This document shows positions 18,544 through 27,132 of a stretch of DNA of 64,000 nucleotides, in pieces (position 1 is the first letter of the stretch; each line of letters begins with the position of its first letter). This DNA comes from Lentisphaerae bacterium RIFOXYA12_64_32. Lineage in GTDB: Bacteria; Verrucomicrobiota; Lentisphaeria; Oligosphaerales; YB12-FULL-65-16. The notes below the pieces were generated by a model, which saw only the letters and a list, made by a program, of their open reading frames with translations, was not told where the DNA came from and made no database searches. The translations under genes and the position numbers were made by a program. The DNA is taken from the NCBI GenBank assembly GCA_001803235.1, contig MHBL01000443.1, forward strand, positions 4,533-68,532, written 5' to 3'.

Positions 18544-19824
18544 CTACGCCCCCGCCATGCCAAACCGCATTCGCACCACCATGGTCGTGTCTGTCAACTC
18601 GTTGACCGGCAGGTTGCGGACCCAGAGATAGGGCTTCTCGTTCCAGTGATTCGGGACGACCTCGACCCGGGTCTCGACGGGCGCGCCGGTGTTCAGCAGT
18701 GTCGCCTCGACGGGTTGCAGGGCGAGAGGCTTGAGGCCCACGGCGGAGCAGGCGGGATCGCGCGCCAGGTGCAGGTACAGGCAGTCTGCCTTCTGCGTCA
18801 GGAGCACGCTGCGGTTCTCGGTGAGTTGCGAGGCTGGTTCGGCGTCTTCGAACGACTCCCGCACTCCACGGTACCAGGCGCCCAGGTTGCGCAGGATGCG
18901 CACCGCGTCCGGCGGGAACGTGCCGTCGGCGCGCGGTCCGACGTTCAGCAGGTAGTTGCCGCCTTTGGCCAAGGCGTTGTCGATGCTGCGCGCCAGGTAT
19001 CGGTCGCTGAAGTAGTCTTCCGCCTCGCGGTAGCCCCAACTCTGCGTGCCGATCGACTGGCACTGCTCGGTCGGGCGGTCGAAGGCCAGCACCTCATTGA
19101 CGGCGCCGACGTACTCGCGCTCCGGCGTGCCGAAGTCGCCGGGGCCAAAGCCGCGGTCGTTGACCATGGCGGCGGGTTGCATGGAGCGGATCCAGGCGTT
19201 GAACTCCGGATCTTTGTGTCCGATCATGTTGGCGTCCCACCAGAAGCCGTGAATCTCGCCGTACTGCGTGCACAGTTCGCGCACCTGCTCGCGGACGAAC
19301 TCCAGGTACCTTGCCACATCCGGTTCGTCGCCCTCTTCCGGACCGAGTCGCTCGTAGCTGCGGCCGGCGTTCGGGTAATGCTTCTGGTTCATGTCCGCGA
19401 CCGAGTAGTAGAGGCACAGGGGGACCTTCCGGCGGTGACACGCCTCGGCCAGCATGCCGAGGATGTCTTTCCGGTACGGGGTCTTCGTGACATTGTAGTC
19501 CGTCTGCGCGGTGTTCCACATGCAGAAGCCGTCCACGTGTTTGGTGGTGAAGCAGACGTACTGCATGCCGGCGTCCTGGGCGAGATCGAGCCAGGCCTCG
19601 GGGTCGAACCGGACCGGGTTGAACCGGTGTACCCGTTGCGTGTAGTCGCGCTTCGCGATTCGGCGTCGGAACTGGTCCTGCTCGTGCCAGGCTTCGATGG
19701 CGTAGAGCCCCCAGTGAACGAAGAGCCCGAACCGCTTCGCGAAGAACCAGTCGCGGCCGTCGCCGAAACGGGGTAGGCGCTCGCCCGGCTTGATGCTTCC
19801 TGTGGTTGGCCAAATGGTCTGCAT
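18544..19824 (-). CDS. Alpha-L-fucosidase (GH29), second copy
   Basis: RFGLFVHWGLY, TTKHVDGFCMWNT, GFWWDA and GGNYLLNVGPRADG. The likely true start is MQTIWPT at 19824. Confidence 0.9.
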   Translation of the reverse strand: MQTIWPTTGSIKPGERLPRFGDGRDWFFAKRFGLFVHWGLYAIEAWHEQDQFRRRIAKRDYTQRVHRFNPVRFDPEAWLDLAQDAGMQYVCFTTKHVDGFCMWNTAQTDYNVTKTPYRKDILGMLAEACHRRKVPLCLYYSVADMNQKHYPNAGRSYERLGPEEGDEPDVARYLEFVREQVRELCTQYGEIHGFWWDANMIGHKDPEFNAWIRSMQPAAMVNDRGFGPGDFGTPEREYVGAVNEVLAFDRPTEQCQSIGTQSWGYREAEDYFSDRYLARSIDNALAKGGNYLLNVGPRADGTFPPDAVRILRNLGAWYRGVRESFEDAEPASQLTENRSVLLTQKADCLYLHLARDPACSAVGLKPLALQPVEATLLNTGAPVETRVEVVPNHWNEKPYLWVRNLPVNELTDTTMVVRMRFGMAGA

Positions 19825-19885
19825 GGGTGACTCCGGGTGTCGGGTGTCGGGTGTCGGGGGGACGAGGCGCCTTAGCCCTTGCCCC

Positions 19886-20692
19886 TTACCGCTTTGCCGC
19901 GGCGGCGTCCGGCTCGCCTCTCGGCGTGATACCGAAGAACCGTCTGCCGTTCTCCGTTGTGAGACGGGCCGTTTCCTCAAACGATAGGCCGCGGAGCGCG
20001 GCAACGCAACGGACAATGTCGGGCAGGTAGGCGGGCTGATTGCGCCTGCCGCGGTACGGCACGGGTGCCAGCCAGGGCGCGTCCGTTTCGACGAGGAGCC
20101 GATCGAGCGGCACGTTGCGGAGCACCTCGCGGACGTTCTCGCCCTTGGGGAACGTTGCGATACCATTGAAGGCGAGGAAGGCACCCATGGCCAGGAACGT
20201 CTCGGCCTCCGCCGGGCTGCCGGTGAAGCTGTGGAGTTCGAAGCGGAGTCCCGTGGCCTGGAACTCCCGCAGCATGGCGACGCAGTCCGGGAACGCCTCG
20301 CGGCAGTGGATGATGGCGGGCCGCGCTTCCGCGACGGCCATCTCCAGGAACTTCCCGAAGACCTGCCGCTGCACCTCTCGTGGCGAGTGGTCGTAGTGGT
20401 AGTCCAGGCCGATCTCACCGACGGCGACGACGCCGGGTTGGTGCAGCAGGGCGCGGAACAGCTCGATGTCGCCGCCAAGGGTTGATGCCTCGTGGGGATG
20501 CAGGCCGGAGGCGGCATACACTCCCGGTTCCTGCTGTGCCAGGCGCCGTGCCTGTTCGGCCGTGGCCAGAGTTCCGCCCGCGACCAGGAACAGGCCGACG
20601 CCCGCCTCCCGGGCGGCGGCGAACAACGGCGGCGGATGGTCGTCGGGATCGAGGTGCAGGTGCGTGTCAAACAGGGGCGCCAGTGATTGCAT
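19886..20692 (-). CDS. tatD: TatD family deoxyribonuclease
   Basis: FDTHLHL, GLHPH, VGEIGLDY, IIHCREA, HSFTG and VETDAPWLAP. Confidence 0.92.
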   Translation of the reverse strand: MQSLAPLFDTHLHLDPDDHPPPLFAAAREAGVGLFLVAGGTLATAEQARRLAQQEPGVYAASGLHPHEASTLGGDIELFRALLHQPGVVAVGEIGLDYHYDHSPREVQRQVFGKFLEMAVAEARPAIIHCREAFPDCVAMLREFQATGLRFELHSFTGSPAEAETFLAMGAFLAFNGIATFPKGENVREVLRNVPLDRLLVETDAPWLAPVPYRGRRNQPAYLPDIVRCVAALRGLSFEETARLTTENGRRFFGITPRGEPDAAAAKR

Positions 20693-20708
20693 GGCGTTCC
20701 GTGCGGGG

Positions 20709-21188
20709 TTACGCGCCGGGCGGTTGGCGCTTGCCTGGGTGGCTCGGGGCGGGCATGAACACGGTGTCGTGCTCCTCCTGGTCGTGGCCAGGGAGCGTGA
20801 GCCGTCCGTGCCGGACATCGGTTCTGCGGGCCGGACGTGCGCCGCCTTCGGTCATCTTGGCGAGGGCGGTCACGACATTCTGCAGTTGCAGCTTGCCCTC
20901 CTGGTTCTCGGGTTCGGATACGGCACCGCAGTGATGCAGAATGTCCTGGATCGAGGCACAGCCGTACGCAAAAGCCTGCGCGTCCTCCAGGCAGCGTTGG
21001 CGGTCTGCCAGGTTGGTTCTGCCGTTGGCTTCGGCGATGCACCGCGGCACGGTCTGGGACTCCAACAGCAACTGGCTGCGCGCATGGCGGTGTTCGTCAC
21101 CGATGCGGGACGCGAGGCTGAAGGCCCAAACGGCGTACTCGAGGGCCGCGGTGTAGACGTCGGTTTTCTCGTGATCAAATTGTATCAT
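20709..21188 (-). CDS. Four-helix-bundle protein (23S rRNA IVS protein/S23-like), divergent
   Basis: FDHEKTDVY..A...ARSQL...TVPRCIAEANGR...DRQRCLEDA is a degenerate version of the F..L.VY..QL.RA..SI..NIAEG pattern. Confidence 0.7.
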   Translation of the reverse strand: MIQFDHEKTDVYTAALEYAVWAFSLASRIGDEHRHARSQLLLESQTVPRCIAEANGRTNLADRQRCLEDAQAFAYGCASIQDILHHCGAVSEPENQEGKLQLQNVVTALAKMTEGGARPARRTDVRHGRLTLPGHDQEEHDTVFMPAPSHPGKRQPPGA

Positions 21189-21283
21189 TGGACGGAACCC
21201 CCTCTCACGTTTGGCGGCAACGCAACGGCCGGACGGAACGTGCAGACGTGAGGGCTCAGGTGAAGCGCCCTGCCGAGTGTGTC

Positions 21284-22258
21284 CTAAAAGAATTTGCGGA
21301 CGTAGTATTTCTTCTGCAGTTCCTCGATGAAGGCCCTGTACCGGGACCGCTCTTCTGTCTGGCGCAGGATATCTTCGATTCGGGACCGGAGTGCGTCGTC
21401 CAGTGCTTGGGCAGTGCCGCCTTGGCGGGCGACGAGGTTGAGGAAGACCGCGCCGTCGTCGTTCCTGAGCGGTGCCGACACGCTGCCCGGTTTCACGTCC
21501 TTCAGGCCTTCGACGAACCGGGGACTGATCTCATCCAACGCCAGCCACCCCAGGTCGCCTTCCTTCTCCGCGGTCGGGTCTTCGGAGAACTCCCGTGCCA
21601 GGTCGCCGAACGCGATTCCCCGGGCGATGCGGTCCTGGACGGTTTTCACAGTCTCCTCCAGGTTGGCCGCGTAGCGTCCCTGCTTGCGCAGTTGAATGAT
21701 CTGCAGGTGCAGCGCGGGCTTGGTGCCAAACTCGAACTTGTGCTTTTCGTAATACTCCTGAATCATGGTCGGGGAGATGTGAACGGCACGGAACACCTTT
21801 TCCTGCAGCAAGAGTTCCACGGCGAGGCTACGGGTGGCTTTCTCCTCGAATTCGGCCATGTTGGTATTTTGTGACAGGAGGGCCTTCTCGAACTGGCGCC
21901 GGTCGCCGCCGGTACGGGACACGACGACGCGGTCGATCCGCTTCTGGACCAGATCGCGCGGAACACGACCGCCCAGTTCCTTGAACTCGGCGTAGATCAA
22001 CTCCTCCTCGATAAGCTTCTGGGCCGCGGCCTTGCGCAGTTCGACGATCCGTTTCTGCAGGTCCTCGCCTTCATACTTCTCCCGAAGCTGCAATTCCGCC
22101 GGCATGGTCTCCTGGTGCAGATCGAAGACCGTGATGATCTTGTCGATGACAATGGCGGCCACTGCGTCGGTGTAACCGGCCGCCAGAGCGATTCCGCCCA
22201 GCGCGAGGGAACCGAGCCAGGTGCATGCGATCAGAACCCGTTTCATCATTTCCTCCAT
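21284..22258 (-). CDS. SurA/PpiC-type peptidyl-prolyl isomerase chaperone
   Basis: Signal peptide, AVAAIVIDKIITVFDL SurA-like N-domain and parvulin motif FGDLAREFSEDPTAEKEGDLGW. Confidence 0.85.
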   Translation of the reverse strand: MEEMMKRVLIACTWLGSLALGGIALAAGYTDAVAAIVIDKIITVFDLHQETMPAELQLREKYEGEDLQKRIVELRKAAAQKLIEEELIYAEFKELGGRVPRDLVQKRIDRVVVSRTGGDRRQFEKALLSQNTNMAEFEEKATRSLAVELLLQEKVFRAVHISPTMIQEYYEKHKFEFGTKPALHLQIIQLRKQGRYAANLEETVKTVQDRIARGIAFGDLAREFSEDPTAEKEGDLGWLALDEISPRFVEGLKDVKPGSVSAPLRNDDGAVFLNLVARQGGTAQALDDALRSRIEDILRQTEERSRYRAFIEELQKKYYVRKFF

Positions 22259-22701
22259 AGGTCCGCGAGTCGACTCATGACTTCACGGCGGTGATACCCA
22301 CAACACGTCGTACCGCCGACAGTGACTCGTCGTCGGACAACAACTGATCCGCTGTCGTTGCCGGGTTCCCCTGCAACGCTGTGCCGGGTTCCGTGCGGGG
22401 TTCGCAAGGCGACGCAATACGCGCGTCAAGATAGCATAACAACGGCAAATTGCGACGGGTACATGGGATTTGAAAAACCGGAAAAACGTCGTATGGTCTA
22501 AACGCTCTCGTACCTTGATGTTTCATATCACGTGCCAGCCGTCAAAGGGGTGCGTTGATTCTGCCCGGAAACCGGGAGACGGGGGCGCGTGGACGCGACC
22601 ACATATGGAACAGATTCCGGGCCCATACGTGGAGCGTTTGCACCTTCGTAGGCACCCGATCGACGCGCCCCGTGGCCGGGCCGAAGCTCAAAGGTACGAC
22701 C

Positions 22702-23815
22702 ATGACTTTGGAAGAACTGCAGCAGCAAGGGGTTGCCGCCAAGAAGCGGCTGGAACACCTGCGGGGGTTTCTTTGACGTCCCCAACAAGGAAGCCCATCT
22801 GACGTCTCTTGAAGAGAAGATGATCAGCCCCACGTTCTGGGACCGGCGCGAGGAGGCCCAGGGGGTCATCGCCGGCGTCAGCGCCCTCAAGGCTGTTCTG
22901 GAACCGTTCCGGAAGGTTGCTGCGCAGGCCGAAGACTTGGCGGTGGCCGTCGAACTGGCGGCCATGGACGGACCGGAGTCGGACCTGCTCGCTGAAGCCG
23001 TGACGGCGAGCGCGGATCTCACCAAGGCGTTGGACCGACTCGAACTGGTCAGCTTCTTGTCCGGGAAGATGGACCGGAACAACGCGTTTTTCTCCATCCA
23101 TGCCGGTGCGGGCGGGACCGAGTCCTGCGACTGGGCCGAGATGCTGTTCCGAATGTACACGCACTGGTTCGATCGCCGTGGATTCGGTTACGAGGTGGTA
23201 GACTGCCAACCGGGCGACGAAGCCGGTATCCGGAACGTGACCTTGACGGTTACCGGTGAATTCGCCCACGGCTACGTGAAAGGCGAGCGAGGGGTACACC
23301 GGTTGGTGCGCATCTCGCCGTTTGACGCGAACAAGCGGCGCCACACGTCGTTTGCGGCGGTCGACGTCATGCCGGAAATTGCCGACGACATTGAGATCGA
23401 GATCAACGAGAACGACCTGCGCGTGGACACCTATCACAGCAGCGGCGCCGGTGGGCAGAACGTGAACAAGACCGCCAGTGCGGTACGGCTCACCCATCTG
23501 CCCACGGGGATCGTGGTCGCCTGCCAGGCGGAGCGGTCCCAGCACAAGAATCGGCACAAGGCCATGAAGCTGCTGCGCGCCAAACTGTACGAACTCGCGG
23601 AGCAGAAACGCGAAAAGGAACTCGCCGCGCACCACGGTGAACAAGCCGAGAACGCCTGGGGCAGCCAGATCCGCTCCTATGTGCTGCAACCCTACCAGTT
23701 GGTCAAGGACCTGCGCACCGACGTGGAGACCAGCAATGTGAATGCCGTGCTCGACGGGGACCTGGATCGGTTTGTCGAGGCGTTCCTGAAGACCTCGAAG
23801 CCGGCCCGGAGTTGA
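22702..23815 (+). CDS. prfB: Peptide chain release factor 2 with a programmed +1 frameshift
   Basis: The ATG 22702 frame ends at CTT TGA (22771-22776) preceded by an internal SD-like GGGGG. The +1 frame carries GAGGTESCDW, SPF and GGQ. Confidence 0.96.
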
Positions 23816-23991
23816 GGAATGGGGAGGGGGGACGCGGGAGCATGTGAGCGAGTGAGTGTGTGGGGACGGGTGTTCAGCGTTCGGTGTTCAGAGGATCCCT
23901 CCCTCGACCCTCGTCCCTCGGACCGCGGCGTCAGAGACGACCCGCCCATCGGACGGACCGATATCCATATCAAGTTGAGGAGACAAGATCC

Positions 23992-25977
23992 ATGACCGTT
24001 GACGCTACCTACCGCAAGGCCGTAGACACCGTTCGCCTGCTCGCCGCCGACGGCGTGGAGAAAGCCGATTCCGGGCACCCGGGCATGCCCATGGGCTGTG
24101 CGGACTTCGCATTCACGCTCTGGTACCAGTTTCTGCGCCACAATCCGGCTGACCCGAAGTGGCTGGGGCGCGACCGGTTCGTTTTGTCCGCCGGGCATGG
24201 CTCCATGCTCATCTACTCGCTGCTGCATTTGTTCGGCTACGATGTGACGCTCGACGATCTGAAGCAGTTCCGGCAGTGGCAGAGCAAGACGCCGGGGCAT
24301 CCGGAGTACGGCCACACGCCCGGGGTCGAAGTGACCACCGGGCCGCTGAGTACAGGGTTGTGCACCAGCGTGGGCCTGGCCATGGGCGCGAAACAGATGG
24401 CCGCCCGTTTGGAGAACGAGGACCTGTTCGACCAGCGCATCTTCGTGTTGGCCAGCGATGGCGACATGATGGAAGGCGGCTCGCACGAGGCGGGGTCGTT
24501 GGCCGGACATCAGAAGCTGGACAACCTGATCGTGTTCTATGACGACAACTCGATCAGCATCGATGGCTCGACGGCGTTGGCGTTCTCCGAGGACGTGGGG
24601 AAGCGCTTCGAGGCGTACGGCTGGCAAGTGACGCGCGTCAACGGCCAGGATGTGGCGCAGATCGCTGCCGCGGTCAAGGACGCCATTGCTGCCAAGGGCA
24701 AGCCGAAACTGATCGTCGGTAAGACGACCATCGGATTCGGCGCCCCCAAGAAGGCGGGCAGCGAGAAATCGCATGGCGCGCCGCTCGGCAAGGAAGAACT
24801 GGCCGGGGCCAAGAAGGCTTTCGGGTTTCCCGAGAATGAGTCGTTCTACGTCCCCGCCGACGTGCGCCAGTTGTGCACGGCCCGGATCGCGGAACTGCAG
24901 AAGGTGGCGGCGGAGTGGGACCGGAAACTGGCCGCGTTCCGCACCGCGAAACCCGAGAAAGCTGTCCTGATGGACCAGCTTCTGAGCAAGGCGGTCCCGG
25001 CGAACATCCTGGAGGAACTGCTCAAGGCGGTGCCGGAGAAGGACGTCGCCAGTCGCGCATCGAACGGGGCCATCATGCAGAAGGTGGCGGCGCTGGTGCC
25101 GTCGCTGACCGGCGGTTCTGCCGACCTGAACCCGTCGACCGTGACCTACCTGACGGCCGACCAGGATTTCTCGCCCGCGAACCGCGCGGCGCGAAACATC
25201 CGGTACGGCGTGCGCGAAATGGTTATGGGGCTGTCCGCCAATGGCTTGGCGCTGTACGGCGCGGCGGTGCCGTTCACGGCCACGTTCGCCGTCTTCTCCG
25301 ATTTCATGAAGCCGGCGCTGCGGCTGGCGTCGATCCAGAAGCTCCGGGTCGTGTTCGTCTACACGCACGACTCGATTTTTGTCGGCGAGGACGGCCCGAC
25401 GCACCAGCCGATCGAGCACCTGCTCATGTGCCGGTCCATTCCCGGGATGACGGTCATCCGTCCGGCCGAGTCGCATGAGGTGGCGCACGCCTGGGCCGTG
25501 GCCCTTAAGAGCAATGGCCCGGTCGTGCTGTTCCTGACCCGGCAGAACTTGAAGAATTTCACCCCCGAGCAGTGTGCGAATATCCAGTTGGCGCGCGGCG
25601 CCTACGTGCTGAGCGAAGACCCGGGGTTCGACCTGGTGCTGATCGGCACCGGTTCGGAGGTTACGCCGGCGGAGCAGACGGCGCAACTCCTGCGCCAGGG
25701 CGGCCGCAAGGTGCGCGTCGTGTCCATGCCGAGCTGGGAGCTGTTCGACCGCCAGGACCAGGCCTATCGCGACAGCGTGCTGCCGCCCGCTGTCACGGCC
25801 CGCGTCAGCATCGAGGCTGGTACGACGATCGGCTGGGACAAGTACGTGGGCAGCAAGGGCCTGAAAATCGGGTTGGACCACTTCGGCGACTCCGCGCCGT
25901 ACAAGATCCTCATCGAGAAGTACGGCCTGGCGCCCGAGGCCATGGCCGCCCGCATCGGGAAGCATTTCGGGGGGTGA
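23992..25977 (+). CDS. tkt: Transketolase
   Basis: SGHPGMPMG, RDRFVLSAGHGSM, SDGDMMEG, YGVRE and HDSIFVGEDGPTHQP. Confidence 0.97.
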   Translation: MTVDATYRKAVDTVRLLAADGVEKADSGHPGMPMGCADFAFTLWYQFLRHNPADPKWLGRDRFVLSAGHGSMLIYSLLHLFGYDVTLDDLKQFRQWQSKTPGHPEYGHTPGVEVTTGPLSTGLCTSVGLAMGAKQMAARLENEDLFDQRIFVLASDGDMMEGGSHEAGSLAGHQKLDNLIVFYDDNSISIDGSTALAFSEDVGKRFEAYGWQVTRVNGQDVAQIAAAVKDAIAAKGKPKLIVGKTTIGFGAPKKAGSEKSHGAPLGKEELAGAKKAFGFPENESFYVPADVRQLCTARIAELQKVAAEWDRKLAAFRTAKPEKAVLMDQLLSKAVPANILEELLKAVPEKDVASRASNGAIMQKVAALVPSLTGGSADLNPSTVTYLTADQDFSPANRAARNIRYGVREMVMGLSANGLALYGAAVPFTATFAVFSDFMKPALRLASIQKLRVVFVYTHDSIFVGEDGPTHQPIEHLLMCRSIPGMTVIRPAESHEVAHAWAVALKSNGPVVLFLTRQNLKNFTPEQCANIQLARGAYVLSEDPGFDLVLIGTGSEVTPAEQTAQLLRQGGRKVRVVSMPSWELFDRQDQAYRDSVLPPAVTARVSIEAGTTIGWDKYVGSKGLKIGLDHFGDSAPYKILIEKYGLAPEAMAARIGKHFGG

Positions 25978-26000
25978 TTGTCGAGGGCCGCAGCGGTTCC

Positions 26001-26025
26001 TTGGAGCGCCCGCGTCCTCGCGGGC
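26001..26025. repeat. REP copy (GGAGCGCCCGCGTCCTCGCGGGC)
   Basis: Identical to 18408-18432. Confidence 0.7.
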
Positions 26026-26089
26026 TCCGGACGGCGGACGGGAGTTCAGGCAAACGGGGTAGTCAACGATGATGAGAGGAACGCACAAC

Positions 26090-26983
26090 ATGCAATCCAG
26101 GATGGTGATGCTCGCGAGCGCGGTGGCCGGACTGGGTCTGTGGGTGAACACGGCAACGGCACAGGCGCCGGCCAAGGCCGCCCCGGCGGCACTCAAACCC
26201 GCATCCGAGGAAGTCAAGAAGGAGATTCAGGCGATCCTGGACACCTACAAACCCATCCTGGAGATGGACTTCCAAGTCAAAGTGAAGTCGCAGGAAATCA
26301 ACAATGTCTTTGCGGCGCAGATGCCGAAGGACTCGCCCATGCCCATCGCGCTGGACCATTTCCTGCTGACGTTCAAAGGCGGCCAAGCCACAGTGCAGTT
26401 GAAGTTCGCGAACATGGCGCCGGCCATGGAGGAGATGATTGCCGCGCAGATGCAGGCCAACCCGAATTCGCCGTTCAGCAGCGCCATTGCCGAGATGACC
26501 TACCAGTTCCCCGGCAAGGCCATCGAGTTGCTGCTGCAGAAGGATTTCGGCGTGGCCAAGGAGACGCCGGAAGTGCTCGACGTCGAGGTCCGCAACCTCG
26601 ATGAAGCCTATGGCGGCACCCAGAAGCTCAAGGCCATGCGGGTGCGGTTCGACCGCAAGAAACACGTCGTCAGCATGGTGCGCTTCGGCTTCGAGGGCAA
26701 GAAAGGCGCCATGGTGGCGCTGCAGTACAAGCCGATGATCGTTCCCGGCCACGAGGGCCTGGTCCTGCTGCAAAGCCAGGCATCCATTGACCAGACAGCC
26801 TTCATGGCGCAAGGGCCGCAAGGCCAGCAACAGGGCTTCCCGCAGAAGATGACCGTCACCTACTCGGACTACAAGTTCGACGCGGTCGACGAAGCGAAGG
26901 GCGAAGCCAAACCCGAGGCCAAGCCGGACGCAAAACCCGCGGCAAAACCCGACGCTCCGGCCGCTGCGGAGGACAAGTGGTGA
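26090..26983 (+). CDS. Hypothetical secreted protein with an Ala/Lys/Pro-rich tail
   Basis: Signal peptide, host-like codon usage, C-terminal (E/D/A)AKP repeats. VTYSDYKF ending resembles sorting-type beta folds. Confidence 0.7.
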   Translation: MQSRMVMLASAVAGLGLWVNTATAQAPAKAAPAALKPASEEVKKEIQAILDTYKPILEMDFQVKVKSQEINNVFAAQMPKDSPMPIALDHFLLTFKGGQATVQLKFANMAPAMEEMIAAQMQANPNSPFSSAIAEMTYQFPGKAIELLLQKDFGVAKETPEVLDVEVRNLDEAYGGTQKLKAMRVRFDRKKHVVSMVRFGFEGKKGAMVALQYKPMIVPGHEGLVLLQSQASIDQTAFMAQGPQGQQQGFPQKMTVTYSDYKFDAVDEAKGEAKPEAKPDAKPAAKPDAPAAAEDKW

Positions 26984-27132
26984 GGGGCGGGCAGAGGCGA
27001 TTGCGTGGGGGGGCGCTTTGTTCAGGTGACGCGCCGTGCAACGGCCGGGGGGGTGGAGGTCGGGTGTCGGGGACCCCGGAATGATGGGTTGGCGGCAGAC
27101 GGCGTGTGCCGTCCGCATAGGGGAGTTGTCCG

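Noticed and set aside
18544-21042. 832-aa ORF suggesting an N-terminally extended fucosidase
   Set aside because: The first ~400 codons are an off-frame overlap with tatD and the four-helix-bundle gene. GH29 similarity starts after Met at 19824.
20709-21188. Avd-like protein suggesting a diversity-generating retroelement
   Set aside because: No reverse transcriptase and no template/variable repeat pair in the window.
22275-22526. 83-aa ORF or ncRNA between the surA-like gene and prfB
   Set aside because: No recognisable motif, RBS or RNA family. The region is more simply explained as divergent promoters.
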